Source of the DNA: an uncultured delta proteobacterium
GTDB taxonomy: Bacteria > Desulfobacterota > Binatia > UBA9968
Direction: 5' to 3'
Length of the DNA: 64,000 nt
Assembly: GCA_963737905.1 (NCBI GenBank)
Contig: CAVTUQ010000014.1
Coordinates: forward strand, 32,001-96,000
Shown here: positions 63,342 through 64,000 of the stretch, piece after piece
Layout of the letters: every line of letters begins with the position of its first letter
How positions within the stretch are numbered: position 1 is the stretch's first letter
Program-made: the position numbers and the translations under genes
The notes under the pieces: model-generated
The model's database searches: none
Seen by the model: only the letters and a program-made list of their open reading frames with translations
Told to the model about the DNA's origin: nothing

Positions 63342-64000
63342 TTAGGCGGCGCCCACAATGCGATCCATCGCTTGAACGATGTCCTTGACGTGATTGAGCG
63401 ATTCATCAAATGCCTTCTTGTCAGTCGCGCTCAGATTGATATCGATTATTTTCTCAACACCGCCGGCGCCAATGATGACCGGGACGCAGAAATAGTAGCC
63501 CTGGACTCCGTATTCCCCTTCCAGCAGCGCCGCGCAGGGCAGAATCTCTTTCTTGTCGAAAAAATGAGCCTCAGTCATGCGAATGGCTGCCGATGCCGGG
63601 GAAAAATAGGCGGATCCCGTCTTCAATAATGCGACGACCTCGCCACCTGCGTTACGGACCCGGGATTCGATTTCGTCAAGACGTTTGGCCGCAATGAGCT
63701 TTTCAACAGGGACTCCACCCACCAGACAGGTACTTCGGACAGGCACCATGTCGTCACCGTGGCCGCCCAGGACCATGGCTGCAACGCTATTCACCGAAAC
63801 ATTTAATTCTTTAGCGATAAACGACCGATAACGAGAGGAGTCCAAGATACCGGACTGACCGACGACGCGATTCTTTGGGAAACCGGTTACCCGCTTGGTT
63901 AATGTCACCATGGCGTCGAGCGGGTTGGTAACCACGATGACAAACGAATCCGGCGCGTGCTTCCTGATGCCTTCCGCAACCGAGCTAATGATTTTGGCAT
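63342..64000 (-). CDS. mdh: Malate dehydrogenase (LDH-like), 5' end outside window
   Basis: VTNPLDAM, GILDSSR, VLGGHGD and LKTGSAYFSPA; adjacent to sucCD. Confidence 0.93.
   Translation of the reverse strand, partial: AKIISSVAEGIRKHAPDSFVIVVTNPLDAMVTLTKRVTGFPKNRVVGQSGILDSSRYRSFIAKELNVSVNSVAAMVLGGHGDDMVPVRSTCLVGGVPVEKLIAAKRLDEIESRVRNAGGEVVALLKTGSAYFSPASAAIRMTEAHFFDKKEILPCAALLEGEYGVQGYYFCVPVIIGAGGVEKIIDINLSATDKKAFDESLNHVKDIVQAMDRIVGAA

Overview
Bacterial chromosomal window of moderately high GC, mostly minus-strand genes. Its gene content (several 'AAKxEG' FbpA-type binding proteins, two UbiD, two LLM oxidoreductases) resembles Candidatus Binatia/deltaproteobacteria-like organisms; this is an inference. 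The left 26 kb holds a cytoplasmic S8 protease and a long catabolic/transport cluster (UbiD, LLM, GGT, M20, ABC permease with 3 binding proteins, opine dehydrogenase, enolase-superfamily enzyme, M24, SDR, two COG1233 flavoproteins). Several of these enzymes have non-canonical active-site motifs. Embedded in the cluster is a two-gene candidate immune/signalling module: a deoxyribohydrolase-like + TPR (DUF4071/ASK1-like) + SLOG protein followed by a patatin phospholipase. The middle holds ravA-viaA-like genes, a LysR, an island of secreted proteins (LVIVD-repeat protein, two alpha/beta-hydrolase-domain proteins and a remnant), a second UbiD locus, a Mo-hydroxylase large subunit and an Lhr helicase. 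The right end is a housekeeping run (mdh-sucCD-ndk-rlmN-mtnP-pfkB-GT2-ugd-uxs-epimerase-lepA-lepB). Many gene junctions carry hairpins built from 7-, 8- or 9-mer repeats or REP-like palindromes. About eleven genes show single-base frameshifts, most likely long-read consensus errors. No rRNA, tRNA, CRISPR array, integrase or transposase was recognised.
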